A DNA stretch of 64,000 nt from Thermomicrobiales bacterium (lineage in GTDB: Bacteria > Chloroflexota > Chloroflexia > Thermomicrobiales > UBA6265). Where the stretch lies: NCBI GenBank assembly GCA_035944555.1, contig DASZAY010000026.1, positions 117,799-181,798 of the forward strand, in the 5' to 3' direction. Shown here piece by piece: positions 26,439-34,534 of this stretch (within the stretch, counting starts at the first letter, position 1; every line of letters begins with the position of its first letter). The notes under the pieces were generated by a model, which did no database searches, was not told the origin of the DNA, and saw nothing but the letters and a program-made list of their open reading frames with translations. The position numbers were made by a program, and so were the translations under genes.

Positions 26439-29400
26439 ATGTCTTCGAAGTCACCTATGTGGATCCGGACCATCCCACGCCTGGTCCAGTTGGCCATGGC
26501 CCTCAGCCTGTTGTTGGCCCTGGCCGTTCCCCTCATCGATGCAGGCGGTCGAGGCGCGCTGGCCGCGTCGAACGGCACAGCCGGAACCGTCAATGGGACC
26601 ACCGACCCGTCGGCGTCCGACCCGGCCGAGCTCCCACCGGTCAACCAGGAAGGGGAACCACCGGTCGAGCCGGAGCCCTCGCTGGACGAGGAGCCGTCCC
26701 TGGAGGAAGTGCCGTCCCTGGACGCTGGCGAGCCGTCATTCGAGCCATCAGAAGACCCGTCGCCATCCGCCGAGCCGAGCGGGAATGGCGCCATCGAGCT
26801 GGCGGTCTGGGGTTGTCCCGCGTCGGTCCTGGACGCGACCAGCTCCGACGACCTGTCACAGCTCTGCACGGACCCGGTCAACGGGGTCAGCGTCACGCTC
26901 GATCCGCCTGGCACCACCGGCCAGACCGGTCCGCCTGAGCCGGACGGGATTGTCCGGTTCACCGGCCTCATGGCTGGCGACTACGAATTGCAGTCCACGC
27001 TCCCGACGGGATACCAGTCCGCATTCTCGGTGACCTGCGAGGGGGCGGGTCTGCCTGCCACCGACGTGGCTCGTCTGGTGGAAGTGGTCGTCAACCCGGT
27101 CACGGTCGGGATGGACGAGACCGTCTCCTGCGATTGGTACCTGGTCGAGGAAGGAACCGATCCGGCCATCACCATCTCCAAGTGGGAGTGCCCGGCCGGC
27201 TACGACTTCCGGGATCCGGACTCCGACCCCGAGATGGACTGCACCACGCCGCTGGAGGAGATCGACTTCCTGCTGCAGCGGACTGAACCGACCGCTGACA
27301 GCCAGACGATCACTACGGATCCCGGTGGCCTCGTGGTCGTCGATCAGCTCGAGCCAGGCTCATGGGAACTGAGCGAGGTCGCCTCTGAGGAGTACCCGGC
27401 CGGCGCCACCGGCTTCCGGTACTGCACCGACTTCGGCTTCGGCCAGCCCGGCTACGAGGAGACGGCGGTCGAGGACGTCTTCAGCTTCGAGGTCGAGGAA
27501 GGCGAAACGTTCGAGGGCGTCTGCCGCTGGTACAACGTCCCCGGCCAGGACGCGTCAGGATCCCCGTCAGGCAGCGGATCGCCGTCCGGCGACCCGTCGG
27601 CCAGCACGACTGATCCGGCCATCAGCATCACCAAGTGGGAGTGCCCGGCCGGGTATGACTACACGGACCCGGACAGCGACCCGGAGATGGATTGCACCAC
27701 GCCGCTTGAAGGGGTGGATTTCCTCGTCGAGCGTTCCGCCCCGACGGCCGAGAGCATCACCATCACGACGGACGCGAACGGCGCCGCGACCCTGGACTCG
27801 ATCGAGTCAGGCACCTGGAATCTTTCGGAGGTCCCGTCCACGGATTACCCGGCCGGTGTCGACGGGTTCCGCTACTGCACGGACTTCGGCTTCGGCCAGC
27901 CGGGATATGAAGCCGCCCCGGTCGGCGAGCCATTCACCTTCGAGGTCGAGGAAGGCGAGACGTTCGAAGGGGTTTGCCGCTGGTACAACATCCCCGATCA
28001 GGTCGGGTCGGCCGACACCGACAACAGCGTCACCATCCGGAAGTGGACGTGCCCGCCGCTGCCCTCGGACGCGCCGAACACGACGAACCTCGAGCTGACC
28101 TGCACCGAGGAACTCGGTGGCATCACGTTCGACCTGAACCAGACCGACCCGATGCCAACCGGGCAGGTCGCGACGACGGCGGATGACGGGATTGCGACCT
28201 TCACCGGGGTCGGCCCCGGATCCTGGACCCTGACGGAACGCCCGACCGCGAGATTCGCTGTCAGCGAGCAGGCCTGGTTCAGCTGTTCCGGCGCGGACGG
28301 CTTGCCTGCCGGCTACGTCTCCACCCCAGTGGGGTCCCCGTACGCGTTCGAGATCCCGGACGACACCACGTATGCCATCACGTGTGACGTGTACAACGTT
28401 TCCGTCGGCACGGCGATCAACGTCTTCAAATGGGTCTGCCCGGTGGGTTACGACTACACCGCTGCAGGAGCCAACCCGGTCCTAGATTGCTCCGGCGCGG
28501 TCGACGGGATCGCGTTCCGTCTCGCCCAGACTGCGCCGACCACCAGCGAGACGACCCTCGTGACCGGCACCTTCCAGCCAGGAGCGGCACGGTTCGAAGA
28601 GCTCCAGTCCGGGAGTTACGACCTCACCGAGCTCGCCTCGCCGTACCAGCCCGAGGGGTTCTACCGCTGCTACGACTACCTCGAGGAGCCGGGCGACTTC
28701 GCGCCGATCACCGTGGGCCAGCCCTACCAGTTCTCCATCGACGAAGCCGTGTTCCAGGGTGTCTGCCACTTCTACAACATCCCGTGGGACAACGGGATCA
28801 CCGTCCACAAGTGGTCCTGCCCGGTCGGCTACGAGGTGACGCAGGAGACCGATCCCTATGCCGACTGCACCGAGGTGGCCAACGGGGTCCAGTTCACCGT
28901 CTCCCAGGCGGAGGTCAGCCTGACCGGCGCGTCGGGCAATGACGGTCCGGGCCGCGTGGACTTCGACGGTCTGGGGCCGGGCGAATGGACTATCACGGAG
29001 ACACCGCCCGCGGGCTACATGGGCGTCCTGATCGGTACCTGCTACCCGGAGGGCGGCACGCCTGACGGCACATTCGTCACCTATGGGATGGACGAGACGT
29101 GGTCCGTTCCGGTCCAGATCGCCGAAGGTGAGTCTTCCCGCTGGGTCTGCCACTTCTTCAACATCTACAGCGACGACCCCGGCACGGTCTACATCTACAA
29201 GTGGACCTGCCCGGCGGGATACGACTACGCCGCCTGGGGCGCTGACCCGGAGATGGACTGCACCGAGGTGGCCAACGGCGTCCAGTTCAACGCCGAAGGG
29301 CCGGATGGCTACGCCTCCCAGACCGACACCGGCGACTCCATCGACGGTGCGGTGATGTTCGGCGGGATCCAGCCCGGTGAGTACGTCTTCACCGAGACCC

Positions 29401-30755
29401 TCCCGCCGGATACGGCCTACGTCTTCATCACGAGGTGCACCGGGACCAGCGTCGACGCGGTCCAGCCCTACCCGCTCCAGGTCGGCAACCCGCTGACCGT
29501 CCAGGTCAACCCGGGCGACGAGATCACTTGCCACTGGTACAACGTGCCCTACGACCCCTACGGCACGATCATCGTCACCAAGTACCTCTGCTCCACCTAC
29601 ACGTACACGGCGGCCGTAAACTGCGAGATCTACGAGGGCGGGGTCGTGTTCGACCTGCTCGTGGTCGAGGACGGCGACCTGGAGCCGCTCACCGACGGCT
29701 CCACCGGCCCGAACGGTCGGCTGACCTTTGCAGACATCGACCCCGGGACCTACCTCGTCCATGAGCAGGACGGCAAGCCGTGCTACATCAGCTCGACGAT
29801 CGTCGAGGACGGGTACATCGGCGTGGTCGAGGGGCAGACCACCTACGTCAACGTCTACAACTGCAAGCAGCCGCCGGCGTCCGGCAGCCCCTCCGGCAGC
29901 CCCTCCGGCAAGCCGAAGCCGAGCAACCAGCCGCCGGGCAAGTACCCCAACACCGGCGTCGATCCCGGGACCATCGCCCAGGGACCGGGCATGGTGGCAG
30001 GCTCGGAGGAGAGCCCGGAGCCGGACAACAGCGACGGCCCCGGACCGGGTGACGGTTCCGGCGCCGGGGACGGCTCCGGTCCTGGCGACGGGAATGGTCG
30101 GTCCAGCGCCGCGGCGGAGGCCGGCTGCCCCGTCGCAACTTCCCCCAACGACCAGATCGACCCTTCGCCGAGCCCGGACAGCGACGAGCCGTCATTCGAG
30201 AGCCCATCGCCGAGCGCCCAGGAGGTGACCGCGGCCTCCTTGGCGCCGACGCCCGACCCGGCGGATGCCCCTGAATGTGAGCGTGGCGAACTCCCGGTCC
30301 ATATCGCCATCGAGGACGCGGACGTCGACCATGACCTCGAGTACCTGGAGACGGTCAACGGCGAGATGCAGGAGCCGACGGGCCCGGACGACGCCTCCTG
30401 GTACCTGGAAACCAGCCGGCTCGGCGAAGACGGTCCGATGGTGATCTCCGGCCACCTGAACTGGTGGAACGTCCCTGAGGGTCCGTTCTACGCGATCGCC
30501 GAACTGGAGCCGGGCGCGATCATCGAGGTGACCGGCGAGGACGGCGGCCTGTACCGCTACGAGGTCCGGTCTGTCTCTCAGGCGGCATCCGACTCGTCAC
30601 CGTCCGACGTCTTCAATAGTGTCCAGGACCAGCTCGGCGGAGAGACCCTGGTCCTGATCACCTGCGGTGGAGAGTGGGATACGTCGACCGCCGAGTACAA
30701 CCAGCGGACCGTCGTTGTCGCGGTCCGTATCCCGGCCGACGCGGACGCGGGTTGA
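26439..30755 (+). CDS. Secreted multi-domain protein: signal peptide, acidic Pro/Ser linker, 8 Cys-rich CnaB/SpaA-like repeats, YPNTG motif, Gly/Asp/Pro/Ser linker, C-terminal class-F-like sortase domain
   Basis: Uninterrupted ORF. ATG 26439 lies 8 nt after TGGAGG. Signal-like N-terminus: RLVQLAMALSLLLALAVPLIDAGGRGALAAS. Repeats and the sortase motifs are listed as separate features. Confidence 0.85.
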   Translation: MSSKSPMWIRTIPRLVQLAMALSLLLALAVPLIDAGGRGALAASNGTAGTVNGTTDPSASDPAELPPVNQEGEPPVEPEPSLDEEPSLEEVPSLDAGEPSFEPSEDPSPSAEPSGNGAIELAVWGCPASVLDATSSDDLSQLCTDPVNGVSVTLDPPGTTGQTGPPEPDGIVRFTGLMAGDYELQSTLPTGYQSAFSVTCEGAGLPATDVARLVEVVVNPVTVGMDETVSCDWYLVEEGTDPAITISKWECPAGYDFRDPDSDPEMDCTTPLEEIDFLLQRTEPTADSQTITTDPGGLVVVDQLEPGSWELSEVASEEYPAGATGFRYCTDFGFGQPGYEETAVEDVFSFEVEEGETFEGVCRWYNVPGQDASGSPSGSGSPSGDPSASTTDPAISITKWECPAGYDYTDPDSDPEMDCTTPLEGVDFLVERSAPTAESITITTDANGAATLDSIESGTWNLSEVPSTDYPAGVDGFRYCTDFGFGQPGYEAAPVGEPFTFEVEEGETFEGVCRWYNIPDQVGSADTDNSVTIRKWTCPPLPSDAPNTTNLELTCTEELGGITFDLNQTDPMPTGQVATTADDGIATFTGVGPGSWTLTERPTARFAVSEQAWFSCSGADGLPAGYVSTPVGSPYAFEIPDDTTYAITCDVYNVSVGTAINVFKWVCPVGYDYTAAGANPVLDCSGAVDGIAFRLAQTAPTTSETTLVTGTFQPGAARFEELQSGSYDLTELASPYQPEGFYRCYDYLEEPGDFAPITVGQPYQFSIDEAVFQGVCHFYNIPWDNGITVHKWSCPVGYEVTQETDPYADCTEVANGVQFTVSQAEVSLTGASGNDGPGRVDFDGLGPGEWTITETPPAGYMGVLIGTCYPEGGTPDGTFVTYGMDETWSVPVQIAEGESSRWVCHFFNIYSDDPGTVYIYKWTCPAGYDYAAWGADPEMDCTEVANGVQFNAEGPDGYASQTDTGDSIDGAVMFGGIQPGEYVFTETLPPDTAYVFITRCTGTSVDAVQPYPLQVGNPLTVQVNPGDEITCHWYNVPYDPYGTIIVTKYLCSTYTYTAAVNCEIYEGGVVFDLLVVEDGDLEPLTDGSTGPNGRLTFADIDPGTYLVHEQDGKPCYISSTIVEDGYIGVVEGQTTYVNVYNCKQPPASGSPSGSPSGKPKPSNQPPGKYPNTGVDPGTIAQGPGMVAGSEESPEPDNSDGPGPGDGSGAGDGSGPGDGNGRSSAAAEAGCPVATSPNDQIDPSPSPDSDEPSFESPSPSAQEVTAASLAPTPDPADAPECERGELPVHIAIEDADVDHDLEYLETVNGEMQEPTGPDDASWYLETSRLGEDGPMVISGHLNWWNVPEGPFYAIAELEPGAIIEVTGEDGGLYRYEVRSVSQAASDSSPSDVFNSVQDQLGGETLVLITCGGEWDTSTAEYNQRTVVVAVRIPADADAG
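26790..29867 (+). repeat. Eight tandem ~120-130-aa Cys-rich prealbumin/CnaB-like domains (coding repeats R1-R8)
   Basis: Repeat starts are approximately 26790, 27165, 27618, 28026, 28413, 28794, 29184 and 29565. Recurrent pattern: x-I-x-K-W-x-C-P ... D/T-C-T ... G-x-W/Y-x-L/I-x-E ... C ... C-x-W/F-Y/F-N. R2 and R3 are the most similar pair. Confidence 0.85.
29943..29957 (+). other. LPXTG-like motif YPNTG
   Basis: Codons TAC CCC AAC ACC GGC follow a Pro/Ser/Gly/Lys linker (PASGSPSGSPSGKPKPSNQPPGK). The motif is followed by VDPGTIAQGPGMVAGSEESPEPD..., with no hydrophobic anchor or basic tail. Confidence 0.5.
30291..30752 (+). other. Sortase (class-F-like) catalytic domain at the C-terminus of the giant protein
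   Basis: LPVHIAIEDADVD...EPTGPDDASWY...GPMVISGHLNWW (His codon 30453-30455) ...ETLVLITCGG (Cys codon 30663-30665) ...NQRTVVVAV (Arg codon 30705-30707). The order and spacing of the His/Cys/Arg triad match sortases. Confidence 0.8.
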
Positions 30756-30794
30756 CCGCCCCCGTCCTCTAACCAACCTCGCATCAGACGTAAC

Positions 30795-30822
30795 GACGGC
30801 CGACCCAATCGGGTCGGCCGTC
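30795..30822. terminator. Bidirectional stem-loop between convergent genes
   Basis: GACGGCCGACCC-AATC-GGGTCGGCCGTC, a perfect 12-bp stem. Confidence 0.6.
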
Positions 30823-30852
30823 ATCATGTCGTGTGTCTGCCAAGTAGTCGGG

Positions 30853-31305
30853 TCAGGAGACCTCGCCGCGCCAGGCGCCGGTCTCGGTCCCGCGCTTCTC
30901 GATGAATTCCTTGAACCGCTTGAGGTCGCCCTCGACCCGTCGGGACATCACTCCCAGATGGCTGCCGACGTTCTCGACCAGGCCCTCCGGCTCGTATTCG
31001 ATCTCCAGCGTCAGGCGCGTTGCACCGTCGTGGATCTTGTCGAACCGGATCATGCCGGTGTTCGGGGCGCCGTCCGTGCTCCGCCAGGCGATCCGGTCAT
31101 CGGGGGACTGCTGGGTGATCTCGGCGTTCCACTCCTTGGTCTGGCCAGCGACGAACGTCGCTTTCCAGTGCATGTGGGTGTCGTCGATCTGGCGGACCTC
31201 GTCGACGCCCTCCATGAAGACCGGGAACATCTCGAACTGAGTCCACTGGTCGTAAGCGGTCCGAACGGGGACGTCGACGTCGATCGTCTTCTCGACACTG
31301 GCCAT
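30853..31305 (-). CDS. SRPBCC-family (cyclase/dehydrase-like) protein
   Basis: ATG 31305 follows GAAAGGAACAACACCC. Sequence VEKTIDVDVPVRTAYDQWTQFEMFPVFMEGV...W.AEI... is typical of the SRPBCC/polyketide-cyclase fold. Confidence 0.75.
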   Translation of the reverse strand: MASVEKTIDVDVPVRTAYDQWTQFEMFPVFMEGVDEVRQIDDTHMHWKATFVAGQTKEWNAEITQQSPDDRIAWRSTDGAPNTGMIRFDKIHDGATRLTLEIEYEPEGLVENVGSHLGVMSRRVEGDLKRFKEFIEKRGTETGAWRGEVS

Positions 31306-31406
31306 GGGTGTTGTTCCTTTCGGAAGACCTTCCCTTGAGGGGATGGTCGCGGGTTCCATCTACCAGATGCGAGGCAGGAGGGGTGCCATCGCTCCCCTTC
31401 CACCCG

Positions 31407-32438
31407 TCATCCCGCCCGGAGTGCCGGCAGGACCCGGTCGCCCAGCAACGCGATCCCACCCTCGTCAGTGAGGCCATGGGGGGTTCCGAACTCCACGCGG
31501 GTTGCCCCGGCATCGAACAGGCGCCGGGCCTGAGCGGCAACCTGCTCCGGGGTCCCGCTGAAGGCGAAACGGTCCTGAAGGTCGTCCGGGACGAGCAGTG
31601 CTGCGTCATCCAGGCGCCCGGCGTCGACCAGGTCGGCCATGCGGCGCAACTCTCCCGCGCCGATCTCGACCGTCGGGTCAAGCGGCGCGACGACGGGCAG
31701 GTAACGCGCGACCTCCCGTTGGACCCAGGCCCGGGCCCGGTCCCCGTCCTCGTCGACGACCGTCACGGCACCGAAGCAGACCCCAACCGTCCCTTCCGAC
31801 CGACCGGCCCGGCGCTCCCCGACCGCCACGCGGCGACGGATCTCCGGGACGAGGTCCGGGTTGGTCGAGCCGCCGATCTTGACCTCGCCGGCCAGCTCTC
31901 CTGCGATGGCCAGCATCTTCGGCCCCCACGATCCGACGAGCAGCGGGACCTCCGCCCGCCGGACCGGATACTGGAACAGGCGACCGACCGGCAACTGGTA
32001 GATCTCGCCGCGGTACCCGTCCTCCCGGCCGGACAGCAGGTGCCGGACGACGGCGATGGTCTCACGCAGCCGTGCCAACGGCCGGTCGTCTCCGATTCCC
32101 ACCCCATCCAGCCACGCCCCACGGACCAGCCCCAGGTAGGCCCGCCCCTGCGAGGCATCATCCAGCGCCGCGATCTGCCCGGCGATCTCGATCGGATGGA
32201 GCAGGTACGGGTTCAAGCCGGCCGGCCCGACCCGAAGCCGCTCCGTCGCCCGCGCGACTTCCAGCAGCGGGGCGATCGTCGGCTGGAACCCGAGGTCGGC
32301 GTAGACGCTGATCCCGTCGAACCCGTACCCCTCGACCAGCCGGGCCAGTTCCCCGTAACGACTGATCGACTTGTCGCCCTGCAGCGCGATCGTGACCTGG
32401 CGGGCGACGGGTGACGGTGTGGACGCGGTCATGGTCAT
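31407..32438 (-). CDS. LLM-class (luciferase-like) flavin/F420-dependent oxidoreductase, Mer-like
   Basis: ATG 32438 follows GGGAG. Sequence GFDGISVYADLGF...LRVGPAGLNPYLLHP...GEVKIGGSTNPDL... resembles methylene-H4MPT-reductase-like LLM proteins. Confidence 0.8.
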   Translation of the reverse strand: MTMTASTPSPVARQVTIALQGDKSISRYGELARLVEGYGFDGISVYADLGFQPTIAPLLEVARATERLRVGPAGLNPYLLHPIEIAGQIAALDDASQGRAYLGLVRGAWLDGVGIGDDRPLARLRETIAVVRHLLSGREDGYRGEIYQLPVGRLFQYPVRRAEVPLLVGSWGPKMLAIAGELAGEVKIGGSTNPDLVPEIRRRVAVGERRAGRSEGTVGVCFGAVTVVDEDGDRARAWVQREVARYLPVVAPLDPTVEIGAGELRRMADLVDAGRLDDAALLVPDDLQDRFAFSGTPEQVAAQARRLFDAGATRVEFGTPHGLTDEGGIALLGDRVLPALRAG

Positions 32439-32520
32439 CGAGAGCTCCCGGTCTGAGGTCGAGCGGTTGGCGGCGTGCTCCCGGCAGCGTACGATCCCGG
32501 GCGACCGGAGAGGAGCGCGC

Positions 32521-32862
32521 ATGGCGGAGACAGTCGAACCGGACGGGACGGGACGCTTCGAGCTGGCGAACCTGCGGGTCGAGGTGGTCGCGATCGAGGG
32601 ACGGTCGGTCTGCGGGCTGGCGGTGGGCGACTGGTTCGAGGTGACCGACAGCTCGCAGGTCCGGATCCCGCCGGGGCGGCACTTCTGCCTGTACGCGCTG
32701 GCGGCGGTGATCCCGCTGCTCCCGGCCAAGATGCGCGCCCTGGACCCGGACGACTGGATGGCCCGGGACAGCCTCGTCGTCTGTCCGGACCCGGATGAGC
32801 GGCTGACAATGCGGATCAGCCGGACGGGAACGGCAACGCTGCGGACCGAGGACCTGACCTAG
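32521..32862 (+). CDS. TIGR04076-like small Cys-containing protein
   Basis: ATG 32521 follows GGAGAGGAG. Pattern V.V..I.G.S.CGL.VGDWFEV.......IP.G.HFCLYAL.AV.P.LPA......VVCPD... is as I recall for TIGR04076. It is divergent from the LLM gene. Confidence 0.6.
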   Translation: MAETVEPDGTGRFELANLRVEVVAIEGRSVCGLAVGDWFEVTDSSQVRIPPGRHFCLYALAAVIPLLPAKMRALDPDDWMARDSLVVCPDPDERLTMRISRTGTATLRTEDLT

Positions 32863-33065
32863 TACCCCGAGCACTCGTTCCGGTATCGCTCGTACTGGCC
32901 ACCCCGGGTGGGCGCCAGGAAGGAGATGGCTCCCCACTCCGGCCAGGTGGCGCTGAAGCCATGCTCGCAACCGAAGCGACAACCCGGAGCCGGGGATGCG
33001 CTGGGGGAGGGGGCTGTTCGCGACCGCAGCGTTCCGGAGACCAGGCGGGACGACGCAAGGCAGCG

Positions 33066-34319
33066 TTACCCGGCAACTGGCGGCGCGAGCAGATACCCTC
33101 TGACCACCGTGCCCGCGGGCAGCGTCACCTCGCCGGGCGGGATGACGAGCAGCCCATTGGCCCCCACCCACGACGCCAGCCGCGACGACGCCTGCACGCC
33201 GGTGTTCGCCGCGACCAGCGCCCCGTCCTCCCCTACCCGGACCACCGCACGCTGGTACTCCGGCCGGTCGCCGGGCGTGACATCGGCCGCCAGGCGGACC
33301 GGGACGACCGGACGGTCGATCTGGCGGCGACCGAGCATCGTCAGCAGCGCCGGGCGGACGAACAACTCGAAGCAGGCCAGCGCCGACACCGGGTTGCCGG
33401 GTAGCCCGAAGAACAGCGTCCGGTCGTCGTCGCCAGCGGTGGCGACGTTGAGCGGCTTGCCCGGCTTCATGAACACGCGGCGGGAATGGACCGTGGCCAG
33501 CTCCGGCAGCAGCGCCTTGACCAGGTCCAGCTCACCCATCGACACGCCGCCGGACGTGATCACGACATCGCTGTCGGCCAGGCGCTCCCCGAGCAGGGCG
33601 CGCAGCGGTGCTCGCTCATCCGGCGCCTTGCTGCTCCAGACGACTTCGCCCCCGGCCAGCTCGATCGCCGAGACGAGGCTGAACCGGTTGGCGTCGCGGA
33701 TCTGACCGGGCCCCGGCGTCTGCTCCGGCTCGACCAGTTCATCGCCCGTGGACAGAACGCTGACCCGTGGTCGCCGCGTGACGGTGACCGGCAACTGGCC
33801 CTCGGCGGCGAGGATGCCCACCTCCGGCGCCCCGAGCGGCGTCCCCGCCCCGAGCAGCACATCCCCGGCCCGGACGTCGAAGCCGATCGGCCGGACGTTC
33901 TGCCCGACACCGATTTCGTCCTCGTGGATGATGACGTGCCCGTCGTCGCTGAGTTCGGTCGATTCCACCTGGACCACGGCGTCCGCGCCCGGCGGCATCG
34001 GGGCGCCAGTCGTGATCCGGACGGCCGTGCCTTCGGTAACCTCCGGCGCGGAGACCTGCCCGGCCATCTGCTCACCGATGATCTCCCGCCACGGCGACCC
34101 ATCGTCAGCGACGACGGCGAACCCATCCATGGTCGCGGCGGCGAAGGGTGGCTGGTCGGTGACGGCGACCAGGTCAGCGGCAAGCGTCCGGCCCAGCGCT
34201 TCCCCAAGCCCGACCGTTTCCGTCGCGAGCGGCCGGGCGTAGCGGAGGACGATCTCCCGGACCTCCTCGACGGGTCGCATGCGGTCGAGGTCGCGATCGT
34301 CGGACAGGGGCTGAGACAT
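33066..34319 (-). CDS. moeA: Molybdopterin molybdenumtransferase MoeA
   Basis: PPFAAATMDGFAV..., ...ISTGDELV..., GQIRDAN..., VITSGGVSMGELD..., PGNPVSA..., the full four-domain MoeA pattern. Confidence 0.9.
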   Translation of the reverse strand: MSQPLSDDRDLDRMRPVEEVREIVLRYARPLATETVGLGEALGRTLAADLVAVTDQPPFAAATMDGFAVVADDGSPWREIIGEQMAGQVSAPEVTEGTAVRITTGAPMPPGADAVVQVESTELSDDGHVIIHEDEIGVGQNVRPIGFDVRAGDVLLGAGTPLGAPEVGILAAEGQLPVTVTRRPRVSVLSTGDELVEPEQTPGPGQIRDANRFSLVSAIELAGGEVVWSSKAPDERAPLRALLGERLADSDVVITSGGVSMGELDLVKALLPELATVHSRRVFMKPGKPLNVATAGDDDRTLFFGLPGNPVSALACFELFVRPALLTMLGRRQIDRPVVPVRLAADVTPGDRPEYQRAVVRVGEDGALVAANTGVQASSRLASWVGANGLLVIPPGEVTLPAGTVVRGYLLAPPVAG

Positions 34320-34534
34320 GGGGACGGGTCCTCCGGGGGCTGACTCCGCGGAGCCAGCGGGCGGCGTGGGATCGATGGGTCAAGGATCAGCGAAGGCGCT
34401 CCGACCGGCAGTCTACACGCCGCTCGCAGCCCGGCCGTGCCGCCCGCTCCACCCTCACCAGGACGCCTTCTCCAGGGAAGGCGTGGAAGATTCGGTGATA
34501 AAATAGAGGAAGAAAGTGAGCACATCCTCCCATC

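Noticed and set aside
28482-29762. 426-aa antisense ORF inside the giant repeat gene.
   Set aside because: It is low-complexity and Arg/Asp/Gly/Val-rich with no start context. The sense strand carries the conserved repeat pattern and coding-like third positions.
29868-30120. Short tandem nucleotide repeats (CCCTCCGGCAGC x2; GACGG(T/C)TCCGG(C/T)... ) that might suggest a CRISPR or VNTR.
   Set aside because: They are in-frame codon repeats encoding the GSPSGSPSG and GDGSGAGDGSGPGDG linkers. They have no spacer/repeat architecture.
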